Position numbers and translations under genes: made by a program. A stretch of DNA of 48,625 bases from an uncultured Ruminococcus sp. GTDB lineage: Bacteria; Bacillota; Clostridia; Oscillospirales; CAG-272. Location of the stretch: NCBI GenBank assembly GCA_902761695.1, contig CACWLT010000002.1, positions 13,210-61,834 of the forward strand. The letters run 5' to 3'. This document shows positions 19,670-29,846 of the stretch, piece by piece. The notes under the pieces were generated by a model. The model was not told the DNA's origin and did not search any database. It saw nothing but the letters and a program-made list of their open reading frames with translations. The number at the start of each line of letters is the position of its first letter. Positions within the stretch are counted from its first letter, which is position 1.

Positions 19670-20904
19670 ACCGCACCTCCGAATTTTCTCCGCCGTTGTT
19701 CGCGCGAAAAGGCCGCCGTGGTCGCCGCGTGCCGCAGAAGCCCGAAATCGAGCGTATCGAGGGGGATCCTTTCCCGGATGAGGGAGGTATAGATCCCGGC
19801 CCGCTCCTCACAGCCGACGAGGGCAAAGCCGGTGAGGAACCCGTCCTTCGTCCAGAGCTTCTTCATCCACCCCGGTCCGCGCTCTTCAAAGACCGCGCAG
19901 CCCTCGGGAGCCGATCCCGCCGTCAGGCAGTGCAGGCCGAAGAAGCCGATGGCGTTGAGAGGGACGGCGTTGTCAAAGGTCCTGTCCCCGCCCGCCATAT
20001 TGATTCCGGCGCACTCCCCCTGAAGCCTTGCGTTCGGGAGGATGGCGAGCACGCGGTTTGCCCCGAGGGAGGAATCGTACCCTTCGGCGCAGTCCCCGGC
20101 GGCGTAAATATCCGGGACGCTTGTCCGCATGTGTCTGTCAACGATGATCCCGCGATTCACATCGCCGCCGATGTCCTTCACAAGGGCGGTGTTCGCCCGC
20201 ACGCCCACCGCCAGGACGAGGATGTCAAAATCCATCGTCTTTCCGCTTTTCATGACGGCGCGGTTCCCCTCAAACCGATCCGCCGTGTCGCCGGGCAGGA
20301 AGGAGATTCCGTGCTCCTCCAGCCTTGCCCGCATCAGGGCCGCGCCTTCCTCGTCGAGGATGCTGGAGAGGATCCGGGGAGCCAGATCGCAGACCGTGAG
20401 GGAACCCGCGCGTTCCGCCAGTCCCTCCGCGCATTTCAGCCCGATCAGCCCCGCGCCGACGATGAGCACGCGGCTGTTCTCCGTGACCGCGGCGTCCAGG
20501 GCGAGCATGTCGTCCATGGTCATGAAGGAGAACTTTCGCGCCACCGTGTCCAGCCCCGCCATGGGAGGGACGAAGGGGGAGGATCCCGCCGCGACGCAGA
20601 GCTTCGTGTAGGGCAGGCACGCGCCTTCGTTCAGTGTCACGGATTTTTTATCGGGATCGATCCCGACGGCTTTTGTACCGAACAGGACTCTGCATCCGTT
20701 TTTCTCATAGAAATCCGCCGGACGCTGGTTCATGTTCCCGGGATCCGCCTTCCCTTCAAGCGCGCAGGAGATGAGCGGGCGGCAGTAGGCGGGGTATTTT
20801 TCGGCGGAGATCACGGTGACCGGCGATTCCGTGTCAAGGGAGCGGATCCCCTCGATGCAGGAGACCGCCGCCGTCCCGTTGCCGATGATGACGTAGTTTT
20901 CCAT
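19666..20904 (-). CDS. FAD/NAD(P)H pyridine nucleotide-disulfide oxidoreductase, probable electron-input subunit of the split GOGAT
   Basis: IIGNGTAA, YCRP, IVGAGLIG, TSVPDIYAAGDC. Confidence 0.85.
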   Translation of the reverse strand: MENYVIIGNGTAAVSCIEGIRSLDTESPVTVISAEKYPAYCRPLISCALEGKADPGNMNQRPADFYEKNGCRVLFGTKAVGIDPDKKSVTLNEGACLPYTKLCVAAGSSPFVPPMAGLDTVARKFSFMTMDDMLALDAAVTENSRVLIVGAGLIGLKCAEGLAERAGSLTVCDLAPRILSSILDEEGAALMRARLEEHGISFLPGDTADRFEGNRAVMKSGKTMDFDILVLAVGVRANTALVKDIGGDVNRGIIVDRHMRTSVPDIYAAGDCAEGYDSSLGANRVLAILPNARLQGECAGINMAGGDRTFDNAVPLNAIGFFGLHCLTAGSAPEGCAVFEERGPGWMKKLWTKDGFLTGFALVGCEERAGIYTSLIRERIPLDTLDFGLLRHAATTAAFSREQRRRKFGGAV

Positions 20905-20908
20905 GGCC

Positions 20909-21340
20909 TTACCTCTCCTCATAGACGATGGCGCGGTTCGGACAGCCCTTCACGCACGCCGGTTCTCCGGACGCGTTTGAAAGGCACAGCTCGCATTTCT
21001 GCATCACGCCGTCCTCCGCCGGAGCGAGCGCGCCGTAGGGACAGACGAGGACGCAGGTGAAGCAGCCCACGCAGCGGGTTTTTTCGATCCGGATCACCCC
21101 GTCCTCCCCCTGCGAGAGAGCTCCGGCGATGCAGGCCTTCACGCAGAGAGGGTCGTCGCAGTGGCGGCAGGATACGGCGTAGGTCACCCGCTCGTCCCCT
21201 TCGATATGGATGCGCGGGAAGATCGGCTTCCCCCGGAGCGCGGACGCCATGTCGGACCCGCCGGAATTGGCGAAGGCGCAGTTGTATTCGCAGAGATGGC
21301 AGCCGAGGCACCACTCTTCGTTGACGTAAACTCTTTTCAT
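20909..21340 (-). CDS. 4Fe-4S dicluster protein (HydN/CooF-like)
   Basis: CLGCHLCEYNC, CRHCDDPLCVKAC, CVGCFTCVLVCP, KCELC..CVKGCP. Confidence 0.9.
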   Translation of the reverse strand: MKRVYVNEEWCLGCHLCEYNCAFANSGGSDMASALRGKPIFPRIHIEGDERVTYAVSCRHCDDPLCVKACIAGALSQGEDGVIRIEKTRCVGCFTCVLVCPYGALAPAEDGVMQKCELCLSNASGEPACVKGCPNRAIVYEER

Positions 21341-21343
21341 CCT

Positions 21344-22849
21344 TCATTCCCCCGCGTGGGCGATGCCTAAAATCTCCAGCTCCTTCTCCGTCATCCCGAC
21401 GCCGCGGAGCATGAGCCGGTTGCCGCGCAGCGCTTCGATCGAATTGATCCCCATGCCGCCGAGCAGCTCCATGATTTCGTGCCGCCAGGCCGTCATGAGG
21501 TTGACGAGGCGTTCGGAGCCCACGTCCGGGTTGAGCCGCTTCACAAGCTCCGGCCTCTGCGTCGCGATGCCCCAGCTGCACCGCCCGGTCTGGCAGGTGC
21601 GGCAGAGATGACAGCCCAGCGCCAGGAGGGCTGCCGTGGCGATATAGCACGCGTCCGCTCCGAGAGCGACGGCCTTCACCACGTCTGCGGCGGAACGGAT
21701 GCTGCCCCCGACCACCAGGGATACGTCTCCCCGGATCCCCTCGTCCCTGAGACGTCTGTCCACGGATGCCAGGGCAAGCTCGATGGGGATCCCCACGTTG
21801 TCCCGGATCCTTGTGGGAGCCGCGCCCGTGCCGCCCCGGAAGCCGTCGATGGCGATGATGTCCGCGCCGGACCGGGCGATCCCCGAGGCGATGGCGGCGA
21901 TGTTGTGGACGGCGGCGACCTTGACGATCACCGGCTTTTTGTATTCCGTCGCTTCCTTGAGGGAGAGGACGAGCTGGCGGAGATCCTCGATGGAATATAT
22001 ATCGTGATGCGGAGCCGGGGAGATGGCGTCGGAGCCCTCGGGGATCATGCGCGTCCGGCTGACGTCCCCCACGATCTTCGCTCCGGGCAGGTGTCCGCCG
22101 ATCCCCGGCTTCGCGCCCTGGCCCATCTTGATCTCGATGGCCGCGCCCGCCCGCAGGTAGTCCTCGTGGACCCCGAACCGCCCGGACGCCACCTGCACCA
22201 CGGTGTTCGGCCCGTATTTGTAAAAATCCTCGTGAAGCCCGCCCTCGCCGGTGTTGTAGAGAATGCCCAGCTTCTCCGCCGCTCTCGCGAGGGAGGCGTG
22301 GGCGTTGTAGGAGATGGATCCGTAGCTCATGGCGGAGAACATCACGGGCATGGACAGCGCGATCTGCGGCGGGAGGCTTGTGTCAAGGGTTCCGTCCGGT
22401 TTTCTTCTGATTTTGTCCGGCTTCTTTCCGAGGAAGACCCGGGTCTCCATGGGCTCTCTGAGCGGGTCGATGGGGGGATTGGTGACCTGGGAAGCGCCTA
22501 CGAGCATCCTGTCCCAGTACACCGGCAGCGGATTCGGGTTGCCCATGGACGAGAGCAGCACCCCGCCCGAGGACGCCTGCTTGTAGATTTCCCCAATGGC
22601 GGTGCCCTGCCAGTTGGCGTTCTCCCGGAAGGCGTTCGGGTTCTTCACGATCTTCAGCGCCCTTGTGGGACAGAGGGAGACGCACCGCTGGCAGTCCACG
22701 CACCTCGTTTCGTCCGAGAGCATGATCCCGCGCTCCTCATCGAACCGGTGCACCTCGTTGGCGCACTGTCGCTCGCACACACGGCAGGCGATGCAGCGGG
22801 CTTCATTGCGCTGAACCTCAAATTCCGGCTGTACATACGCGATTGCCAT
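21344..22849 (-). CDS. Glutamate synthase FMN-binding subunit with N-terminal ferredoxin (GltB2-like)
   Basis: Start MAIAYVQ (TAATG overlap with the upstream gene); AMSYGS, NTGEGG, QVASGRFG, EIKMGQGAKPGIGGHLPG, CHLCRTC..C. Confidence 0.93.
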   Translation of the reverse strand: MAIAYVQPEFEVQRNEARCIACRVCERQCANEVHRFDEERGIMLSDETRCVDCQRCVSLCPTRALKIVKNPNAFRENANWQGTAIGEIYKQASSGGVLLSSMGNPNPLPVYWDRMLVGASQVTNPPIDPLREPMETRVFLGKKPDKIRRKPDGTLDTSLPPQIALSMPVMFSAMSYGSISYNAHASLARAAEKLGILYNTGEGGLHEDFYKYGPNTVVQVASGRFGVHEDYLRAGAAIEIKMGQGAKPGIGGHLPGAKIVGDVSRTRMIPEGSDAISPAPHHDIYSIEDLRQLVLSLKEATEYKKPVIVKVAAVHNIAAIASGIARSGADIIAIDGFRGGTGAAPTRIRDNVGIPIELALASVDRRLRDEGIRGDVSLVVGGSIRSAADVVKAVALGADACYIATAALLALGCHLCRTCQTGRCSWGIATQRPELVKRLNPDVGSERLVNLMTAWRHEIMELLGGMGINSIEALRGNRLMLRGVGMTEKELEILGIAHAGE

Positions 22850-23949
22850 TACCGATTCCCCCCTTCCGTCCTTGCCGTCACGACGACGGGTTCTCCGCCC
22901 GCCGGATACCGGATGTTCCCGGCCTCGGGATCCATGGCCCGGATGGCGGCCTCTTCGCTGGCGATATACACCCGGGAGCCGTGCTCGCCCACCACCATGG
23001 ACCGCAGCTTCAGCCTGTCGTTCAGCGCCATGAGCCCCCCGTTGAAGCCGAGGATGATGGAGAAAGGCCCGGTGACGAGCAGGGAGGGGAAGAGCGTGCG
23101 GAGACAGGTGAGCTTTTCCCGCTTCTCCGGATCCTCCTCCGCCTCGATGGACGACCAGAACGGAGCCGCGGTCACCGACGCCGCCTCTTCGAGCGTCAGG
23201 CCCTGCCGCCGGAGCAGATAGTCCATGATGTAGGTGATGACCTCGGTGTCGGTCTGGAGAGTGCATTTGTAGCCGAACATCTCGATCCACCGGCGGTTGG
23301 CGTCGTAGGAGGAGATCTCCCCGTTGTGGACCACGGACCAGTCCAGCAGGGTGAAGGGATGCGCGCCGCCCCACCAGCCGGGGGTGTTCGTAGGATACCG
23401 CCCGTGCGCCGTCCACGCGTACCCGGCGTATTCCTCCAGCCGGTAGAACTCCGCCACGTCCTCGGGATAGCCCACGGCCTTGAAAGCGCCCATGTTCTTC
23501 CCCGACGAGAAGACGTACCCGCCCCGCCGCTCCGTATTGATCTTCATCACCGTGCGCACGACGAATTCACGCTCGTCCACCTGCTCCGCCGCGAGCCGTG
23601 ATTTCAGCGGATCGACGAAATACCGCCAGATCACCGGCTCGTCCGTGACGGCGGGGATCTTCCTTGTGGGGACGAGCTCACTCTTTACGATCTCGAACCG
23701 TTCCTTTAAATAGACCTCGCAGTCCTTGCGCGCCGCCCGGTCCTCGAAAAAGAAATGCAGGGCGTAAAAATCACGGTATTCCGGATAGATCCCGTAGCCG
23801 GCGAATCCCCCGCCCAGGCCGTTGGAGCGCTCGTGCATGGGGCGCATGGCCTCGGCCGTGAGGTTCCCGGGGATCATCCCGCCGTCCCGGTCGATCACGG
23901 CGGCGATGGCGCAGCCCGATGGGATCCTGACCTCTCCTTCCATTTTCAT
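22849..23949 (-). CDS. Class II glutamine amidotransferase subunit (GltB1-like)
   Basis: SGCAI, ERSNGLGGG, AHGRYPTNT, AHPF, HNGEI, TDTE, NDRLKLR; GGAGG RBS. Confidence 0.9.
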   Translation of the reverse strand: MKMEGEVRIPSGCAIAAVIDRDGGMIPGNLTAEAMRPMHERSNGLGGGFAGYGIYPEYRDFYALHFFFEDRAARKDCEVYLKERFEIVKSELVPTRKIPAVTDEPVIWRYFVDPLKSRLAAEQVDEREFVVRTVMKINTERRGGYVFSSGKNMGAFKAVGYPEDVAEFYRLEEYAGYAWTAHGRYPTNTPGWWGGAHPFTLLDWSVVHNGEISSYDANRRWIEMFGYKCTLQTDTEVITYIMDYLLRRQGLTLEEAASVTAAPFWSSIEAEEDPEKREKLTCLRTLFPSLLVTGPFSIILGFNGGLMALNDRLKLRSMVVGEHGSRVYIASEEAAIRAMDPEAGNIRYPAGGEPVVVTARTEGGNR

Positions 23950-23961
23950 GGTCTTCCTCCG

Positions 23962-24049
23962 AAAAAGAAAACGCGCCCATCCCGAAAAACCGGAATGAAC
24001 GCCTTTGCTCATTTGTCCGTATTATACGGGATTCCGCCGGAGTTGTCAA
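23962..24049 (-). promoter_or_regulatory. sigmaA promoter + ANTAR-type hairpin overlapping a terminator (leftward operon)
   Basis: TTGACA-17 nt-TATAAT (24049-24021); AATGAGC-AAAGGC-GTTCATT hairpin (24013-23994); terminator GCGTTCATTCCGG..TCGGGATGGGCGC-GTTTTCTTTTT. Confidence 0.82.
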
Positions 24050-24130
24050 GGGGGAGCGCGTAAATTCGAGCGAATAAATATTCAAAGGCATACCGCCCGA
24101 ATTTTGTGCAACTTACCAGTGAGGTTCCCC

Positions 24131-24315
24131 TTGACAGGACGGAAAAAGCGGAGTATAATACCGCCATGGAAGGCAAAGGCGTCTTCGCGGATCGGTTTCG
24201 CGGAGGCGTTTTCCTTTTTTACCATGATACAGTGGATCGGCAAAATCACATATTTATACAATAAAGGCAAAGGCGTCTTTATCCGGGGAATCCGGAGAGG
24301 TGTCTTTGCCTTTCT
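24131..24315 (+). promoter_or_regulatory. sigmaA promoter + two tandem ANTAR-type hairpin/attenuator units (rightward operon)
   Basis: TTGACA(24131)-17 nt-TATAAT(24154); GAAGGC-AAAGGC-GTCTTC (24169-24186) with terminator to 24220; ATAAAGGC-AAAGGC-GTCTTTAT (24261-24282) inside a competing long hairpin to 24315. Confidence 0.82.
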
Positions 24316-24352
24316 CACATTTCAGGGCCTTACGGGGCAGGAGGATTTCACA

Positions 24353-26452
24353 ATGGCGGCAAACGTGCAGGAAACATTCGGCAGCATGGTGTTCGACGAC
24401 AGAGTCATGAAGGCGCATCTCCCGGCAAAGGTCTACGCGTCCCTCAGAAAGACCATCGACGAGGGCGCGGAGCTGGACGTGGCCGTGGCCAACGCGGTGG
24501 CAGACGCCATGAAGGAATGGGCCGTCTCAAAGGGCGCGACCCACTTCACCCACTGGTTCCAGCCGCTCACCGGCATCACGGCGGAAAAGCACGATTCCTT
24601 CATCTCCCCGGCTCCGGACGGCGGCGTCCTCATGGAGTTTTCCGGAAAGGAGCTCATCAAGGGCGAGCCGGACGCCTCCTCCTTCCCCTCGGGCGGACTG
24701 CGGGCCACCTTCGAGGCCAGGGGCTACACCGCGTGGGATCCGACCTCCTACGCCTTCATCAAGGGAAAGACCCTCTGCATCCCCACGGCCTTCTGCTCCT
24801 ACGGCGGGCACGCGCTGGACAAGAAGACGCCCCTGCTCCGCTCCATGGAGGCCATCAACCGGCAGGCGCTGCGCATTCTCCGGCTCTTCGGAAATACGGA
24901 CGTCAAGCGCGTCACTACCTCGGTGGGACCGGAACAGGAGTATTTCCTCATCGACCGGAAGCTCTACGAGAAACGGCCCGATCTGCGCTTCACCGGCCGG
25001 ACCCTCTTCGGCGCGAAGCCTCCCAAGGGCCAGGAGATGGACGACCACTACTTCGGCGTCATCAAGCCCCGCGTCGCCGCCTACATGGAGGAGCTGAACG
25101 AGGAGCTCTGGAAGCTGGGGATCCTCGCCAAGACGGAGCACAACGAGGTGGCCCCTGCCCAGCACGAGCTGGCTCCGATCTATACCACCACCAACGTTGC
25201 CACGGATCACAACCAGCTCACCATGGAGATCATGCAGAAGGTGGCGGCGAAGCACGGGCTGGTCTGCCTGCTCCACGAAAAGCCCTTCGCAGGGGTCAAC
25301 GGCTCCGGCAAGCACAACAACTGGTCCATCGCGACGGACACGGGGGTCAACCTCCTCTCCCCGGGCGAGACGCCCTATGAAAACGCGCAGTTCTTAACCT
25401 TCCTCTGCGCCGTGATCCAGGCCGTGGACGACTACGCCGACCTCCTCAGGATCTCCGTGGCGACCGCCGGCAACGACCACAGACTGGGCGCCAACGAGGC
25501 CCCGCCCGCCGTGGTGTCCATGTTCCTCGGGGACGAGCTGACCGCCATCCTTGACGCCATCGAGGCGGACAGGCCCTACAGCGCGGCGGAGAAGACCGTC
25601 ATGAAGCTGGGCGCGGACGTGCTCCCCCAGTTCCGCCGGGACGCCACGGACCGCAACCGCACCTCCCCCTTCGCCTTCACCGGCAACAAGTTCGAGTTCC
25701 GGATGCTGGGCTCCTCCAACTCCATCGCCTGCGCCAACATCATGCTCAACGCCGCCGTAGCCGAGAGCCTGAGACAGTACGCGGACCGGCTGGAGGCGGC
25801 GGACGATTTCGAGGCGGCCCTGCACGACCTGATCCGGGACGTGGTGGCCGCCCACAAGCGGATCCTCTTCAACGGCAACGGCTACGACGACGCGTGGATC
25901 AAAGAGGCGACGGAGGTCCGCGGCCTGCCCAACTACCGCACCACCCCCGACTGCTTCCCGGAGCTTCTGTCCGAGAAGAACGTCACGATGCTGACCTCCC
26001 ACGGCGTCTTCACCCCGGCGGAGCTGAAATCCCGGTACGAGATTATGCTGGAGAACTACTGCAAGACCGTGCTGATCGAGGCGAACACCATGATCGACAT
26101 GGCGAAGCGGCAGATCCTCCCGGCGGTTGCCTCGTATGCCGCTGCCCTTTCCTCCGACATCGCGGCGAAGCGGTCCGTCTCCGAGCCCCTGTCCTGCCGG
26201 TACGAGGTCCGCACCGCCGCAGCCCTGTCCCGTCTCGCGGATTCCATCGCGGACCGGGTGGACGAGCTGGAGACGGCGGCGGACAAAGCGCGGAAGATCG
26301 GGGAGATCGGTCCCCAGTCCTTCGCCATCCGGGACCACGTTCTCGGCGGCATGACGGCTCTGCGCGGCCTATGTGACGAGGCTGAGACGATCACCGCCGC
26401 GGAATACTGGCCGTTCCCGACCTACGGGGAGCTGCTGTTCGGCGTGAACTGA
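24353..26452 (+). CDS. glnN: Glutamine synthetase type III
   Basis: [83 protein letters not shown]; catalytic motifs intact. Confidence 0.95.
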   Translation: MAANVQETFGSMVFDDRVMKAHLPAKVYASLRKTIDEGAELDVAVANAVADAMKEWAVSKGATHFTHWFQPLTGITAEKHDSFISPAPDGGVLMEFSGKELIKGEPDASSFPSGGLRATFEARGYTAWDPTSYAFIKGKTLCIPTAFCSYGGHALDKKTPLLRSMEAINRQALRILRLFGNTDVKRVTTSVGPEQEYFLIDRKLYEKRPDLRFTGRTLFGAKPPKGQEMDDHYFGVIKPRVAAYMEELNEELWKLGILAKTEHNEVAPAQHELAPIYTTTNVATDHNQLTMEIMQKVAAKHGLVCLLHEKPFAGVNGSGKHNNWSIATDTGVNLLSPGETPYENAQFLTFLCAVIQAVDDYADLLRISVATAGNDHRLGANEAPPAVVSMFLGDELTAILDAIEADRPYSAAEKTVMKLGADVLPQFRRDATDRNRTSPFAFTGNKFEFRMLGSSNSIACANIMLNAAVAESLRQYADRLEAADDFEAALHDLIRDVVAAHKRILFNGNGYDDAWIKEATEVRGLPNYRTTPDCFPELLSEKNVTMLTSHGVFTPAELKSRYEIMLENYCKTVLIEANTMIDMAKRQILPAVASYAAALSSDIAAKRSVSEPLSCRYEVRTAAALSRLADSIADRVDELETAADKARKIGEIGPQSFAIRDHVLGGMTALRGLCDEAETITAAEYWPFPTYGELLFGVN

Positions 26453-26534
26453 CAAGCGTCTGTTCATGACTGCGGGGCTGTACAAAATCCTGCGCGCTGC
26501 TGTCCCCGCCATTACCCTGAAAGGGAGTACCACC

Positions 26535-28250
26535 ATGACTTACTCATCCGTCAACACCATCTGGGTCCTGCTCGGCGCGGCCCTCGTCTTCTTCATGCAG
26601 GCCGGATTTTCCATGTGCGAGGCCGGCTTCACCCGTGCCAAGAATACCGGAAACATCCTCATGAAGAACCTCATGGATTTCTGCATCGGAACCCCGGCGT
26701 TCTGGCTCGTGGGTTTCGGGATCATGTTCGGCTCGGGCACGGCCCTCTTCGGGCGCATCGATCCCTTCATCCTGGGAGACTACAGCCATATCCTCCCGGC
26801 GGGCGTTCCGCTCTGGGCGTTCGCCATTTTCCAGACCGTCTTCTGCGCCACCTCCGCGACCATCGTGTCCGGGGCCATGGCGGAGCGGACGAAGTTCTCG
26901 GCGTACTGCATCTATTCCCTCTGCATCTCCCTCTTCATCTATCCCGTCTCCGGCCACTGGATCTGGGGCGGCGGCTGGCTCTCCGCGCTGGGGTTCCACG
27001 ATTTCGCGGGCTCGACCTGCGTGCACATGGTGGGCGGGGTCTGCGCGTGCATCGGCGCGGCGATCCTTGGTCCCCGCATCGGCAAGTACGGACGGGACGG
27101 CAAGCCGAAGGCGATCCTCGGCCACAATCTGACGGCGGCGGCGCTGGGGGTGTTCATTCTCTGGTTCTGCTGGTTCGGCTTCAACGGCGCGTCCACCGTG
27201 GGCATGGATTCCGACGAGCTGGTGGTCTCCGCCGGACTGGTCTTCTTCAACACCAACCTCTGCGCGGCCGTCGCCTGCTGCACCACCCTGATCACCACGT
27301 GGATCCGCTACAAAAAGCCCGACGTCTCCATGACCTACAACGCGGCGCTGGCGGGTCTGGTGGGGATCACGGCGGGATGCGACGCGGTCTCTCCGGCAGG
27401 AGCGGCGGTGATGGGCCTCTGTTTCGGCTTTGTCATTGTCTTCTCCGTGGAGTTTTTCGACAAGGTGGCGAAGATCGACGATCCCGTCGGGGCGATCTCC
27501 GTTCACGGGATCTGCGGCGCGCTGGGCACGATCCTCACGGGCTTCTTCGCCACGGGCGTTTCCACCGAGAAGGGCGTCTTCTACGGCGGCGGGTTCCGTT
27601 TCCTCGGCGTGCAGGCCCTCGGCGTCGTGACCGTGGCGGCGTATGTGGCCCTCGTCATTACGATTGTTTTCTTCATCCTCAAAAAGACCGTCGGGCTCCG
27701 GGCCGATCCCGCGGACGAGATACAGGGACTGGACGTCTCGGAGCACGGGCTGCTGACCGCCTACGCCGGATTTGCCATGTCCCCCGACACCGCGAGCATG
27801 GAAAGCGATTCCGCGCCCGTTGTCGTGACCGGAGACGCCCCGCCCGCCGAGGCCGTGACCGTGAAGCGCGTTCCCTCGTTCGAGGAAGGGACGCCGAAGT
27901 TCACCAAGGTCGAAATCATCTGCAAGGAGAGCCGCTTTGAAGCGCTGAAAAACGCCATGACCGACCTCGGCATCACGGGCATGACCGTCTCCCACGTCCT
28001 CGGCTGCGGACAGCAGAAGGGACGGACGGAATACTACCGGGGCATTGCGGTAGAGGCGACGCTTCTGCCGAAGGTGCAGGTGGACATCGTCGTATCGAAG
28101 ATCCCGGTCCGCTCCGTGATCGAGACGGCGAAGAAGGTCCTTTACACCGGCCACATCGGCGACGGCAAGATCTTCGTTTACGACGTGGAGAACATCGTGA
28201 AGGTCCGGACCGGCGAGGAAGGCTACGACGCCCTGCAGGACGTGGAATAA
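26535..28250 (+). CDS. amtB: Ammonium transporter fused to a C-terminal PII domain
   Basis: FFMQAGF, IVSGAMAER, DFAGSTCVH, WFGFNG, DDPVGAISVHG; then PII ITGMTVSHVLGCG..TGHIGDGKIFV..VRTGEEG. Confidence 0.95.
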   Translation: MTYSSVNTIWVLLGAALVFFMQAGFSMCEAGFTRAKNTGNILMKNLMDFCIGTPAFWLVGFGIMFGSGTALFGRIDPFILGDYSHILPAGVPLWAFAIFQTVFCATSATIVSGAMAERTKFSAYCIYSLCISLFIYPVSGHWIWGGGWLSALGFHDFAGSTCVHMVGGVCACIGAAILGPRIGKYGRDGKPKAILGHNLTAAALGVFILWFCWFGFNGASTVGMDSDELVVSAGLVFFNTNLCAAVACCTTLITTWIRYKKPDVSMTYNAALAGLVGITAGCDAVSPAGAAVMGLCFGFVIVFSVEFFDKVAKIDDPVGAISVHGICGALGTILTGFFATGVSTEKGVFYGGGFRFLGVQALGVVTVAAYVALVITIVFFILKKTVGLRADPADEIQGLDVSEHGLLTAYAGFAMSPDTASMESDSAPVVVTGDAPPAEAVTVKRVPSFEEGTPKFTKVEIICKESRFEALKNAMTDLGITGMTVSHVLGCGQQKGRTEYYRGIAVEATLLPKVQVDIVVSKIPVRSVIETAKKVLYTGHIGDGKIFVYDVENIVKVRTGEEGYDALQDVE

Positions 28251-28262
28251 CGGAGGAATGTC

Positions 28263-29846
28263 ATGTGTTCCATCATGACCTGTTACGAAAGCTCTGTCTC
28301 CCCGGAGGCGTTCCGCACGGGGTTTGAGCGCACAAAGTCCCGGGGGCCGGACGACAGCCGAATCGTGGAGCGGGACGGCATACGCATGGCCTTTCACCGC
28401 CTCGCCATCATGGGCCCGACCTCCGAGGGGATGCAGCCCTTCGAGCGGGACGGCTCCCTGGCGGTCTGCAACGGCGAGATCTACGGTTTCGAAAAGCTGA
28501 AGACAGAGCTCACGGCGAAGGGATATTCCTTTGCGAGCGATTCCGACTGCGAGATCCTCCTGCCCCTCTGGTTTGAGTACGGGACGGACATGTTCTCCCT
28601 GCTCGACGCGGAGTTCGCCTGCGTGATCTGGGACGGGCGAAAGAAGGAGTTCGTCGCGGCGCGGGATCCCATCGGCATCCGTCCCCTGTTTTACGGGTAC
28701 GGGGCGGACGGGAGGATCCTGTTCGCGTCCGAGGCGAAGAACCTCGTGGGGCTGACGGAGCGCGTGATCCCTTTCCCGCCGGGATGTTACTGGAAAGACG
28801 GCGCGTTCGTCCGGTACTGCGGCATCGCGAAGCCGGAGAGCATCATCCGGGACGACCTCGACACCGTCTGCCGGAATATCCGGGAAAAGCTCACGGCCGG
28901 GGTGGAAAAGCGCCTCGTCGCGGACGTTGAGGTCGGGTTCCTGCTCTCGGGCGGGCTCGATTCCTCCCTTGTTTGCGCCGTCGCGCAGAGGAAGAGCGCG
29001 GAGCCCATCCGTACCTTCGCCATCGGGATGGAGGGGGACGCCATCGATCTGCGCTACGCAAGGCAGGCGGCGGACTGGATCGGGAGCGAGCACACGGAGG
29101 TCACGATGACCCGGGAGGAGGTTTTATCCTCCCTTGAAACCGTCATCGCCGCCCTCGGGACGTGGGACATTACAACGATCCGCGCCAGCATGGGGATGTA
29201 CCTGGTGTGCAAGGCCATTCACGACACGACGGACATCCGGGTGCTCCTTACCGGGGAGATTTCGGACGAGCTCTTCGGCTACAAGTACACCGATTTCGCC
29301 CCCGATGCCGCGGCGTTTCAGGCGGAGGCGGAGAAGCGGATCCGGGAGCTCTATATGTACGACGTGCTCCGGGCGGACCGCTGCATCTCCGTCCACTCTC
29401 TGGAGGCCCGGGTTCCGTTCGGGGATCTGGATTTCGTGAAGTACGTCATGGCAATCGATCCGGAGATGAAGCTGAACCGGTACGGAAAGGGCAAATACCT
29501 CCTGCGCCGGGCGTTTGCCGAGGGGGACTGGCTGCCCCCGGAGATCCTCTGGCGGGAAAAGGCGGCGTTCTCGGACGCGGTGGGCCATTCGATGGTGGAC
29601 GATCTGAAGGAATACGCCGAGGGACTTTATTCAGACGAAGAATTTGAGAAAAAGCGGAGGGCATATTCCCACTGTCCGCCCTTCACGAAGGAATCCCTGC
29701 TGTACCGGGAGATTTTCGAGAAGCACTACCCAGGCCAGGCGGAGATGATCAAGGACTTCTGGATGCCGAACCGGGCCTGGAAGGGCTGCGATGTGAACGA
29801 TCCGTCCGCCAGGGTCTTGACAAACTACGGAGACAGCGGAAAATGA
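28263..29846 (+). CDS. asnB: Asparagine synthase B (glutamine-hydrolysing)
   Basis: N-terminal Cys, RGPD, HRLAI, CNGEIY, ARDPIGIRPL, LLSGGLDSS, GEISDELFGY. Confidence 0.95.
   Translation: MCSIMTCYESSVSPEAFRTGFERTKSRGPDDSRIVERDGIRMAFHRLAIMGPTSEGMQPFERDGSLAVCNGEIYGFEKLKTELTAKGYSFASDSDCEILLPLWFEYGTDMFSLLDAEFACVIWDGRKKEFVAARDPIGIRPLFYGYGADGRILFASEAKNLVGLTERVIPFPPGCYWKDGAFVRYCGIAKPESIIRDDLDTVCRNIREKLTAGVEKRLVADVEVGFLLSGGLDSSLVCAVAQRKSAEPIRTFAIGMEGDAIDLRYARQAADWIGSEHTEVTMTREEVLSSLETVIAALGTWDITTIRASMGMYLVCKAIHDTTDIRVLLTGEISDELFGYKYTDFAPDAAAFQAEAEKRIRELYMYDVLRADRCISVHSLEARVPFGDLDFVKYVMAIDPEMKLNRYGKGKYLLRRAFAEGDWLPPEILWREKAAFSDAVGHSMVDDLKEYAEGLYSDEEFEKKRRAYSHCPPFTKESLLYREIFEKHYPGQAEMIKDFWMPNRAWKGCDVNDPSARVLTNYGDSGK

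Noticed and set aside
24005-24352. N-terminal extensions in the ORF track (glnN, and likewise gltB2, gltB1, the Cthe_2159-like genes and the SBP)
   Set aside because: They overlap promoters or neighbouring genes; downstream ATGs have an RBS or stop-start coupling and match family starts.
26455-26530. Hairpin between glnN and amtB as another ANTAR site
   Set aside because: No A1/G4 hexaloop matching AAAGGC and no U-tract.
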